From: Octopus sinensis
Lineage: Eukaryota
Assembly (NCBI RefSeq): GCF_006345805.1
Contig: NC_043010.1
Span: 18,910,001-18,974,000 of the forward strand
Direction: 5' to 3'
DNA length: 64,000 nucleotides
How positions within the stretch are numbered: the stretch's first letter is position 1; every line of letters begins with the position of its first letter. Below the pieces are notes generated by a model. That model had not been told where the DNA came from. It did no database searches and saw only the letters and a program-made list of their open reading frames with translations. This document shows positions 52,042 to 63,056 of the stretch, in pieces. Position numbers and translations under genes: made by a program.

Positions 52042-52112
52042 CTTCTATCTATAAATGCTCTATAAATGCTCTAATATACAGCCCTGGTTTTTTATCTTAT
52101 TACACAAAATTT

Positions 52113-52147
<35 letters not shown>

Positions 52148-52341
52148 TCACCTTGTTGGACTGCTGAAATCTACAAGTTTTTTTCATTCGCTCTCTGTTT
52201 ATTTTCTCTTATTTCTTTCTGTTGAAGAGCATAGGCTCGAAATATAAAATGCTTTTTCATTTTTCTTGAACGTCAAACTAATGCACTTGCTTGTTCTTCA
52301 TACACCAGTTTTCGTCTTTGTTTTTCTATAAATTTCAACTA

Positions 52342-52390
<49 letters not shown>

Positions 52391-52562
52391 GTGCAAGAGT
52401 AGCTGTGTGGTAAGTAGCTTGTTTACCAACCACATGGGTCTAGGTTCAGTCCCACTGCATGGCACCTTGGGCAAGTGTCTTCTACTATAGCCTCGGGCCA
52501 ACCAAAAAGCCTTGTGAGTGGATTTGGTAGATGGAAACTGAAAGAAGCCCATCGTATATATA

Positions 52563-53844
52563 TTGGGTTGGCAACTAAGTTCCTGCCATTTTTTATGATT
52601 TTGGAATTTATTGCGTTTTTAAATTTTGGAATCTATTTTTTCCGCGAATTCTATTTTTGAATCATTTTGGAATCTATTTTGTTTTTTTCTAGTTAATTTT
52701 AGTTAATTTTTATTTATTTTCAGATGATTAAAACTGAATGTGAAGTTAAGAAAAATGAACATTTTCGACACCTCCTTCTTTTTGCTTTTAATCAAGATTC
52801 TAAGGTCGCAAAAGCTGCTCACAACATTTGTGCTGTGTATGGAGAGGGTGCCATAGCAGAAAGAATCACTCGTGATTGGCATGCCAAGTTCAAAAATGGA
52901 AATTTTGACCTCAAAGATGCACCTCGTTCTCCCTGTCCAGTTGAGTTTGATGAAGAGTGATTAAACCAACTTTTGCACGAAAATTCTTGTCAAACGACAA
53001 GGGAACTGGCAGAGAAAATGGAATGTTCTCACACTGCTATAGAGAAGCATCTTCACTTGATGGGAAAGGTTCAAAAGTATGGAGAATGGGTTCCGCATGC
53101 TTTAAGTGACAACAACAAAAATCAACCAGCCACAATCTCTGCTGGTTTGCTTGCTTGTCACCACTCAACTCATGGACACAAGCAACGATTTTTTTACTGG
53201 CACCAAAAAATGGTGCCTGTACATCAATATGAAACAGCATAAGGAATGGCTTAGTCCCGGTAAACAAGCGGCACCACGCATGAAACAAAATCTTCATCCA
53301 TGTAAAATGATGTTGTGCGTATGGTGGGACTGGGAAGGGATTATTCATTACAAATTGCTTGAACGGAACCAAGTAGTCAATGCGGAACTCTATGTTCAAC
53401 AGATGGAACGACTCAACATGGCTATTCAAGAGAAAAGACCTAATTGGTAGCATGGAGTTTTTCTGCTGCACGACAACGCCTGCCCTCATATCGCCAATAT
53501 GACCAAGAAAGCCATTGAAACACATGGCTGGGAAGTGCTGCCACACTCGCCATACTCTCCTGATTTGGCACCAATGGATTTCTACCTCTTTTGATCTCTT
53601 TCAAATGCTATGTGCGGAGTTTCGTTCCATACTGATACAGAACTGAGAGCTTGACTTGATCAATTTTTTGAGTCAAAGTCGGGTGATTTCTACCAACGAG
53701 TTGTTGAAAATCTTGTTGAACATTGGGAAGAAGTTGTAAACAACAAGGGGGAATACACTGTTGATTAATTAGTTGTTATTTTTTATTAAACCTTTTAAAA
53801 AATTTTAATTTAAAAAAACAGTGGGAACTTAGTTGCCAATCCAA
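52563..53844 (+). mobile_element. Full-length but inactive mariner transposon
   Basis: TIR TTGG(G/A)TTGGCAACTAAGTTCC and TA TSD. Transposase 52724-53768 has WVPHAL, HDNA and YSPDLAP motifs plus stops and a frameshift. Confidence 0.95.
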
Positions 53845-53861
53845 TATATATATATATATAT

Positions 53862-53960
53862 GCTTGGTGCAGCCATCTGGCTCGCCAGTCCTCCATCAAA
53901 CCGTCCAACCCATGCCAGCTTGGAAAGCGAACGCCAAACAATGATGATGATGATGATGAT
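53862..53960 (+). mobile_element. About 100-bp RTE tail insertion in (TA)n
   Basis: Extreme 3'UTR plus (GAT)n, flanked by TA. Confidence 0.85.
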
Positions 53961-54389
53961 ATATGTATGTATATGTTTGTGTGTCTGTTTTTGTTCCCCC
54001 AACATCACTTGACAACCGATGCTGGCGTGTTTATGTCCCCGTCACTTAGCTGTTTGGCAAGAGAGACCAATAGAATAAGTACTAGGTTTACAAAGAATAA
54101 ATCCTGGGATTCATTTGCTTGGCTAAAGGTGGTGGTCCAGCATGGCTGCAGTCAAATGACTGAAACAAATAAAAGAATAAAGAAAAAAGAAAATAAATAT
54201 AATATATATATATATATATATATATCATCATCATCATCATCATTTAGCGTCCGTTCTCCATGCTAGCATGGGTTGGACGGTTCAACTGGGGTCTGTGAAG
54301 CTGGAAGGCTTCATCAGGCCCAGTCAGATCTGGCAGTGTTTCTACGGCTGGATGCCCTTCCTAACGCCAACCACTCCGTGAGTGTAGTG

Positions 54390-55038
54390 GGTGCTTTTTA
54401 CGTGCCACCCGCACAGGTGCCAGACAGAGCTGGCAAACGGCCACAAACGGATGGTGCTTTTACGTGTCACCGGCACGGGGGCCAGGCGAGGCTGGCAACG
54501 GACACGAACGGATGGTGCTTTTATGTGCCACCAACACGGGGGCCAGACAGAGCTGGCAAACGGCCACGAAACGGATGGTGCTTTTACGTGTCACCGGCAC
54601 GGGGGCCAGGCGAGGCTGGCAACGGACACGAACGGATGGTGCTTTTACATGCCACCGACACAGGGGCCAGACAGGGCTGGCAAACGGCCACGAACGGATG
54701 GTGCTTTTACGTGTCACCGGCACGGGGGCCAGGCGAGGCTGGCAACGGACACGAACGGATGGTGCTTTTACATGTCACCGACATGGGGGCCAGACAGGGC
54801 TGGCAAACGGCCACGAACGGATGGTGCTTTTACATGTCACCGACATGGGGGCCAGACAGGGCTGGCAAACGGCCACGAACGGATGGTGCTTTTACGTGTC
54901 ACCGGCATGGGGGCCAGGCCAGGCTGGCAACGAACACAAACGGCTGGTGCTTTTACGTGCCACCAACACGGGGGCCAGACAGGGTTGGCAAACGGCTACG
55001 AATGGATGGTGCTTTTACGTGTCACCTGCACGGGGGCC
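54390..55038 (-). repeat. 61-63-bp minisatellite (about 10.5 units, A/B alternation) inside the RTE 3'UTR
   Basis: Units start ggtgcttttac on the plus strand, in the order A B A B A B A A B A plus a partial unit. Confidence 0.95.
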
Positions 55039-55086
55039 CTGATGTTGATCGACCTCAATTTGGTTTGATTTTGATTTTGACTGTTC

Positions 55087-58058
55087 TCACTGGTCTTGCC
55101 GGGTTTTCTCACGCACAGCATACTTCCAAAGGTCTCGGTCACTGGTCATTTCCTTGGTGAGACCTAAAGTTCGAAGGTCGTGCTTCACCGCCTCGACCCA
55201 GGTTTTCCTGGGTCTACCTCTTCTACAGGTCCCTTCAACTGCCAGGGTGTGGCACTTTCGCACATAGCTATCTTCAGCCATTCTCATCACATGACCATAC
55301 CAGCGCATACATCTCTCTTGCACACAACAACTGATGCTTCTTAGGTTCAACTTTTCTCTCAAGGTACTTACACTCTGTCGATTATGAACACTGACGTTAC
55401 ACATCCATCGGAGCATACTAGCTTCATTTCTTGCAAGCTTACGCAAATCCTCAGCAGTCACAGCCCAAGTTTCACTACCATGTAGCATGGTTGTACGTAC
55501 ACATGCATCATACAGTCTGCCTTTTACTTTGAGCGAGAGGCCTTTTGTCACCAGCAGGGGTAAGAGCTCTCTAAACTTTGCCCAGGCTATTCTTACTCTA
55601 GCAGTTATACTTTCAGCGCACCCACCCCCGCTACTGATTTGGTCACCTAGGTAACGGAAACTATCAACTACTTCTAGCTTTTCTCCCTGGAAAGTGACGG
55701 AAGTTGGTCTCAGAGCATTTTCAGTGTTAATTGTTCCTGAGCATCTGCCACATACAAAAACCATCTTCCTAGTTAGCCTTCCTTTGACATTGCTGCACCT
55801 CTTATGTGTCCATAGCTTACACTTGGTGCATCTTATAGAGTTTCTACCTACACCTTTTCTACAGATCGAGCAGGGCCATCTACCTGAAGGCGTTTGTGAT
55901 TGGTCTACCTTCCTACTTATTAGGACTTTGGTTTTGGCTAGGTTGATTCTAAGGCCCTTCGATTCTAAACCTTGTTTCCATACCTGAAACTTCTCCTCTA
56001 GTTCTGATAGAGACTCAGCAATTAGAGCAAGGTCATCAGCATAGAGGAGCTCCCAGGGGCATCCTGTCTTGAATTCCTCCGTTATTGCCTGGAGGACTAT
56101 GATAAATAGGAGGGGACTGAGGACTGAACCTTGGTGGACCCCAACCTCTACCCTGAATTCTTCACTGTACTCGGTGCCAACCCTCACCTTACTAGCAGCG
56201 TCTCTGTACATGGCTTGTACAGCTTTCACTAACCATTCATCTATCCCTAGTTTCCTCATTGACCACCAGATGAGGGATCGGGGGACCCTGTCGAAGGCTT
56301 TCTCCATATCAACAAAAGCCAGGTATAGGGGCTTGTCTTTGGCTAGGTATTTCTCTTGCAGCTGTCTTACCATGAAAATAGCATCAGTAGTACTTTTCCC
56401 TGGCATGAACCCAAACTGCATCTGATCTAGGCTAACTCTCTCTCTAATTAGTTGGGCTATAACCCTCTCCGTAACTTTCATTACCTGATCCAGCAGCTTG
56501 ATACCCCTGTAGTTATTTGTATCTAGGGCGTCACCTTTACCTTTGTAGCAGCTCACTATTATGCTACTACACCAGTCATTGGGAATGACTCCTTCGTGTA
56601 TCACCTGGTTAACTATACGGGTGACTAGGCTATAGCCGACACTACCAGATATTTTGAGCATCTCTGCAGTAATTCCTGATGGGCCTGGGGCTTTCCCTGT
56701 TTTCATGCTTTTAATTGCCTTATCTACTAAGGAACTGTCAACTCGGATTGCTGGTCCCTCTGTTGGGTCAACATTCGGCAGACTCTCTTTATCCCATTCA
56801 TTTTCCTCATTCAGCAACCTTTCATAGTGGCTTCTCCAAACCTCTCTCTTTGCATCCTCATTTAGCGCAAGTGAGCCGTCATCCGTGCGAACACATTTTT
56901 CTCCTACCACGTCACGATTCTCTCTCACACACTGTCTTGCTATACGAAATACCTCAAGTCTTTCATCCTCACGGCGCAGGACATTGGCAAATTTTTTCCT
57001 ATCTGCTTCCCCTCTGGCTAAATAAACCTGCCTCCTAGCTTCCCTTCTTGCAGTCTGATACACTTCCCTGCTACCACCGTTCTTCCAGTCCTTCCAAGCC
57101 TGTTCTTTTGTCTAATAGCCCTGTCAACAGTATTGTTCCACCACCACGTTATTTTGGGTCTTGTGGGGACTTTGCACCAGTCACAGATCTGGTCAGTGGC
57201 TTTCAGCAGGTTGTCCCTTAGAAACGCCCAGTTATCTTCTACCCCATGTGTAGCTATGCCCCCTTCTATTTCGTCGAAGGCTTCAAGTAACATGTCTCTA
57301 AATCTCTGTCCGTTAGCAGGGTCTTTAAGCTTCCAGACCCTTCTTCTCCATGTTGGTCGTCTTCTAGTCGTCCTCTTAGTCCTGATCCTAAAGTCACTGA
57401 CTACCATTCTATGTTGTGGGGTACATTCTTCGCCTGGGAAGGTTTTGGCATTCATAAGCAGCCATCTTTCCCTTTTTCTGGCAAGGATGTAGTCGATTTG
57501 GCTAGTATGCTGGTCCGAACGATAGGTGACCAAGTGGCTTGTTGGTTTCCTGAAGTTAGTGTTGCAAACCATAAGACTATTCACATCACAGAACTCCAGC
57601 AGCCTGGTTCCCTCCTCATTGCGAGAACCATAACCATAGCCTCCATGCACGCCATAGAAGCCCTCAGCATATCGTCCAACATGCCCATTGAAGTCACCAG
57701 CCACAAAGAGAAGGTCCCTGTTGTTTGTCGATGAGGTGGTCTGCAGTAGGGTGTCATAGAAACGGTCTTTCTGTCCATCGGGTAACCCTGGCTGAGGGGC
57801 ATAGGCCGATATAATAGTTTCTAAAGTATGATGGAGCACTAATCTAATCTTCAATATTCTGTCACATACTCTGACTACCTCGATGACTTTATCTACCCAT
57901 TTTTCGGCAATAAGCATACCCACTCCCCCGACTCCTTCAGTATTCCCGGCCCAGAAAATTTTATACCTCTGTCCTTTACCCGTGAGGAACCTAGCAGAAC
58001 CTCCTCTCCACCTCACCTCTTGAATACAGCATATATCTACACACCTCCGTTCAAGCAA
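55087..58058 (-). CDS. RTE APE-endonuclease/reverse-transcriptase ORF, split by one 1-nt deletion at about 57103
   Basis: CIQE.RW, GDFNGHVG, QIDYIL and QHRMVV (EN); QFGF, VHQGSVLSPLLF and LLYADDL (RT). Restoring one A joins the frames as RQKKQAWKDWKNGGSREVYQTARR. Confidence 0.92.
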
Positions 58059-58148
58059 TTCGACGATTTGATATTAATTTAATAATACCATCAATTTAAC
58101 ACCAAGTGATTTAGCACATAAAAACCAAGGGAAAAATACAAATTTATC

Positions 58149-58540
58149 CATAAATATTAGAGAGTGACCACTATGTGGTTCACTCTAGTGCTAAAAATTT
58201 CCAGTAAGTCTTATCGCTCTTTTGGCGGGTAAATTTGAATCATAACTACGAATACAATCGATTAACCCGCACGTGTATTTGACGCTTGCTACGACTTAAT
58301 AAATTGTATTTAAGACAAACCTCTGCTGAAGATTTATGGATGTTGTGTAAGTAAAATTGCATATTACATTAATAATGAAACAATTGTTCAGGGTTAATTA
58401 TTTTTTCGTTGTGTTTCACTTACCTTACGTTAAATGTAGTGGTATTTCTTCTTGGAAACAACTTTTAGTGGCTATACCATTAACGGAGCTATTTTTAGCA
58501 CTAGAGTGAACCACATAGTGGTCACTCTCTAATATTTATG
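58149..58540. mobile_element. MITE with perfect 50-bp TIRs, superfamily unassigned
   Basis: 58149-58198 is the exact reverse complement of 58491-58540. Confidence 0.85.
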
Positions 58541-58631
58541 TATATATATATATGAAGGCTAAAACAATGCGAACGCATTGTGACCAGCGATGTGTAACTA
58601 CATCTGATAGACTGGTCGGTCACGTGACGGT

Positions 58632-58675
<44 letters not shown>

Positions 58676-58761
58676 GGATAAGATCATTAATTTAAAATAA
58701 AATAACGAACTTATCAAGTGGTCAGCATGGAAAAAGTAACCTTCAAAGGTAATAATTATTA

Positions 58762-59228
58762 AAATTATAAATTAGGGTATCTACGAGATACCACCATGCT
58801 GAAAATAGCAGCCATGAACCAACACTAAAATCACAAGTTTTCATATAGCAACATGGAGAAAAGACAAAGAGACAAGATGAAACTAGTAAAAAGTTACTGG
58901 GTAATTCTAGATCCCGGATTTTTTACTTTGCATTTAGAAATGCTTTGCCTTGTCAGTAGAATACACTCAGAATAAATATAAATACATATATATATAAATA
59001 CAACATACGAATACTTACATATACGAACATATATGACAAGGCAAAGCATTTCTAAATGCATAGTCAGAAATCCGGGATCTAGAATTATCCAGTCATTTTT
59101 ACTAGTTTCATCTTGTCTCTTTGTCTTTTCTCCATGTTGCTATATGGACACTTAAGGTGGTTTTAGAGTCGGTTCATGGCTGCTATTTTCAGCATGGTGG
59201 TATCTCGTAGATACCCTAATTTATAATT

Positions 59229-59229
<1 letters not shown>
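58762..59229. repeat. Long inverted repeat (about 195-bp arms, 78-bp spacer) between (TA)n tracts
   Basis: 58762-58955 versus 59034-59229, about 90% by eye. Confidence 0.9.
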
Positions 59230-59264
<35 letters not shown>

Positions 59265-59267
<3 letters not shown>

Positions 59268-59460
59268 TCATCATCATCATCATTTAACGTCCATTTTCCA
59301 TGCTAGCACGGGTTGGACAGTTCGACCGGGGTCTGGGTAGCCAGGAGGCTGCACCAGCTCCAGTCTTGATCTGGCAGTGTTTCTACAGATGGATGCCCTT
59401 CTTAACACCAACCACTCCGTGAGTGTAGTGGGTGCTTTTTACGTGCCACTGGCACAGGTA
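59265..59460 (-). mobile_element. RTE tail insertion in (TA)n
   Basis: Family motifs, TA on both sides. Confidence 0.85.
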
Positions 59461-59515
59461 ATAATATATATATATAATACATATATGGATACACACACAC
59501 ACACACACCACACAC

Positions 59516-59572
<57 letters not shown>

Positions 59573-60002
59573 TACATATATGTATACATATTATACATAT
59601 ATATATATAATATATAATAATGATAGTAGGGAATATAATTCTAAAACTTACAGGGAAAAATTAATGAAAATTAACTATATATTATAGTTATATGGCAAGA
59701 CAACAAAAGGATGAAAGAGACCTCGATATTATGTAAATTGAGGAATTTATCTGTAAATATAATATATGACAATTATTCGGTAGCCATTATAAAACTCTGA
59801 GTTTCTGATGTTAGGTCGGAAACCCGCTGGCATCATGAGTTGACAAAAATCCTTCGACAAGATAAGTTTATATTTTTATTTTAAGAAATATTGTTAAATA
59901 CTTTTCAATTATTTATAGTTAAGACATGTATTTTTTAATATATTTATTTGATAATTAGTATAAGTTAAGTACATTTATTTTATTATTATTATTTATTATC
60001 TT

Positions 60003-60119
60003 AGACCTGATGAGTGACTATATATTCAAATAGAATTAATTTTAGTTCGATTGAATTTTGAATCGAATTGATTTTATTATTATCTATTTGAAAATATAGC
60101 CATGAAACATGTGTAGTCT
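60003..60119 (+). ncRNA. Type I hammerhead motif with 90-nt stem II
   Basis: AGAC-CTGATGA-(long hairpin)-GAAACATGTGTA-GTCT. Confidence 0.7.
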
Positions 60120-60582
60120 TTTTACTACTGTTTGTTATTTATTGTACTTTATTGATTTAAAATAAGGTTTTTTTTTACACAATATGTTTTCTATATGGTG
60201 TGAACAGCATCTTTCATTATTGAATTGTTTAATAGTGGATTTTCTCTAAATTATATATATATATATATAATATATATATATCTGAAAATATAATATGTGA
60301 CAATTATTTGGTAACCATGATAAAAGTTTCGGATGTCAGGGCCTGTCTTTGTGGATGTATATGTGTGTGAATTCTTATTCTGTTTCTCTTTTGCTTTTCC
60401 TCGCCCACATAACAGCACCAAAACACTTTCACATTCTATTTCTTTTTTTTTATTGGTATTTGTTTGAGAAATTCTTTAGGTATGATTCATAAAGAGGCAC
60501 ACTTAACAAAGGTTTTTAAACTTATTGTAAACTTAACAAAACACACAAATATCTAAAGGTAGAACAGGCTTCTGCAAGTTTC

Positions 60583-60630
<48 letters not shown>

Positions 60631-60726
60631 CTCTCTGGATGTTTTGCGTTCTTGTCCAGTTTTTTTGTATTCTTTTTATATACATATGACAGCGTACGTA
60701 CACTTTGGTCTCTTATTTAAATATTT

Positions 60727-60775
<49 letters not shown>

Positions 60776-60951
60776 TATATATATATATACATACATACAT
60801 ACATATATATATATATATGTATTATATGTATGTATATGTATGTATGTATGTATTTTATATATGGATATAATGCATACATATATATATATTATATATTGAG
60901 TGTAGGAAGAAATGGAGCTCAACGAAGATTTAACAAAATTCCTTTATATTA

Positions 60952-61035
60952 TTTTCAACATATGTTTCGAAGGCTGCAAAGTCCCTAATTCGGATTGAAT
61001 AAGGAGTCCATTTTGCAGCCTTCTCTTCAGGAAAA
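60952..61035 (-). ncRNA. Canonical type I hammerhead ribozyme motif
   Basis: TTTTC-CTGAAGA-GAAGGCTGCAAA...TTTGCAGCCTTC-GAAACATATGTT-GAAAA. All core bases are canonical and stem II has 12 perfect bp. Confidence 0.82.
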
Positions 61036-61888
61036 TCAAGGAACTTAATTCTCCAACAAAATGCACAACAAGCTTTTCGACAAACGCTCACGAGGAGCCC
61101 ATGAAATAAATGACACAAACTGTCTATCTATATGCGTTGACGCCAGACTGGGTGAAAGCAGAAGAGATTGCCCGTTGAGATAGTTCAAGGTCAGAATCCA
61201 GTTGGAAGAAGGAGGGTACAGGAAAATCAAAGAGTGTGAATGTATTCTGTATGACTGGTGTTTATATTTGAATTATTTTAAGAATGAGTGTTAGAGTGTT
61301 TGAGTGTGAGAAATTGCTTTAATGTATGTGTGTGTGCGTCTATGTATGTGTGACAGTGTGTTTCAAAGGCAGAAAGAGAGAGAGATATAGCAGGTATTAA
61401 TGGTCAAGAAACTGAAAAAACTGTATCTGTGTGTTCGTATGTGACCACTTGATAGAGAGAGGGGGTGTCCACAATGGCCATGGCAGGATACAGTGTTGCT
61501 GTCAGGGATGGCAGCAGTTTTTGACAACTAGCAGTTCTTATACTAACAGGGAAAGGATATCCCCTTATTCAATCCGAATTAGGGACTTTGCAGCCTTCGA
61601 AACATATGTAGAAAATAATATAAAGGAGTTTTGTTAAATCTTCGTTGAGCTCCATTTCTTCCTACACTCAATATATAAAACTTCAAATTTCCGCACTAAG
61701 GCACGGTTTTTATGCCCCATGGTCGTAACTTCAACCGTGCTTTTTCTGTTGTGATTTTTGCTACCCAGGTATCGGTTATCATTTGAATTATCCGTAATAA
61801 GATAATTCATTTATCTACTTCAATAATTATATATATATTATATATACATATATATATACATATATTATATATATATATATAGTTAGTG

Positions 61889-62208
61889 AGGGCGCGTGGC
61901 TTAGTGGTTAGGGCATTCGGCTCATGATCGTAAGGTTGTGAGTTCGATTCCCGGCGACGCGTTGTGTCCTTGAGCAAGACACTTTATTTCACGTTGCTCC
62001 AGTCCACTCAGCTGGCAAAAATGAGTTGTGCTTGTATTTCAAAGGGTCAGCCTTGTCACTCTCTGTGTCACGCTGATTATCCCCGAGAACTACGTTAAGG
62101 GTACACGTGTCTGTGGAATGCTCAGCCATTTGCACGTTAATTTCACGAGCAAGCTGTTCTGTTGATCGTATCAGCTGGGACCCTCGTCGTCGTAACCGGC
62201 GGAGTCTT
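61889..62208 (+). mobile_element. tRNA-derived CORE-like SINE family D
   Basis: A/B boxes and TGTCCTTGAGCAAGACACTT..CCACTCAGCT core. Tail fragments also at about 14955-15000(-) and 48795-48960(-). Confidence 0.85.
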
Positions 62209-62282
62209 TAAATATATAGTTAGCAATTGCAAGACAACAAAAGAATGAAAGAGACCTTCACATTATGTAAATAGAGGAATTT

Positions 62283-62501
62283 ATCTGTAAATATAATATG
62301 TGACAATTATTCGGTAGCCATGATAAAACTCCAAGTTTCAGATGTTGGGGTGGAAACCCACACCGGTATCCCTTCAGTTATGATTTTCATAGCATTTTTT
62401 TCTATGGCCCAATAACTGAAGAGATGCTGGCATGGGTTTCCACCCTGATGTCCGAAACTTTGATCATGGCTACCAAATAATTGTCACCAATTTATATTTA
62501 C

Positions 62502-62505
<4 letters not shown>
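62283..62505. repeat. Inverted pair of pLTR-like units (about 95-bp arms, 30-bp spacer) with decayed hammerheads
   Basis: 62283-62381 versus 62412-62505. The family is also at 59700-59850 and 60280-60340. Confidence 0.75.
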
Positions 62506-62545
<40 letters not shown>

Positions 62546-63056
62546 ATGATACATACATACATACATACATACAGACAGACAGGCAGACATATGTATATAC
62601 ATATGCCTGTGTGTGTATCCAAGAGCCTGTGTGTCTTTGTGGATGTATATGTGTGTGAATTCTTATTCTGTTTCTCTTTTGATTCCCCCCCCCCCACATA
62701 ACAGCACCAAAACACTTTCACATTCTGTTTCTTTTTTTTTATTGGTATTTGTTTGAGAAATTCTTTAGATATGATTCATAAAGAGACACACTTAACAAAG
62801 GTTTTTAAACTATTGTAAACTTAACAAAACACACAAATATTTATAGGTAGGACAGGCTTCTGCAAGTTTCATATTTTATATATGTAGTAAATTGATTTGG
62901 GCGCACGTTATAGGAAGGTTTATGGGCTCAGATGGCTTCTGGGTGAGAAGATTTAGACCTCCATTGGTCAGTTCAGGTGATGTGTTTAGCCAGTTAGGGA
63001 CAGCAGTTCTTTCATTATATACTCCATGAGGTAGGCAGCAGGGATCACATCATCAT

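Larger units (their letters stand above)
52390..54195 (+). mobile_element. SINE A split by a mariner and an RTE tail (halves 52390-52562 and 53962-54195)
   Basis: Halves are collinear with the intact copy at 48183. Confidence 0.85.
54225..58067 (-). mobile_element. Near-intact RTE LINE, 5'-truncated inside the endonuclease
   Basis: APE endonuclease and RT, 860-bp 3'UTR and (ATG)n tail. Confidence 0.97.

Noticed and set aside
54390-55038. CRISPR-like regular array
   Set aside because: No unique spacers, a eukaryotic context, and the units are wholly repeated inside an RTE 3'UTR. The same applies to the 20-bp and 16-bp arrays.
54273-55160. Long repetitive ORFs (295, 225 and 192 aa)
   Set aside because: Antisense translations of the 3'UTR minisatellite.
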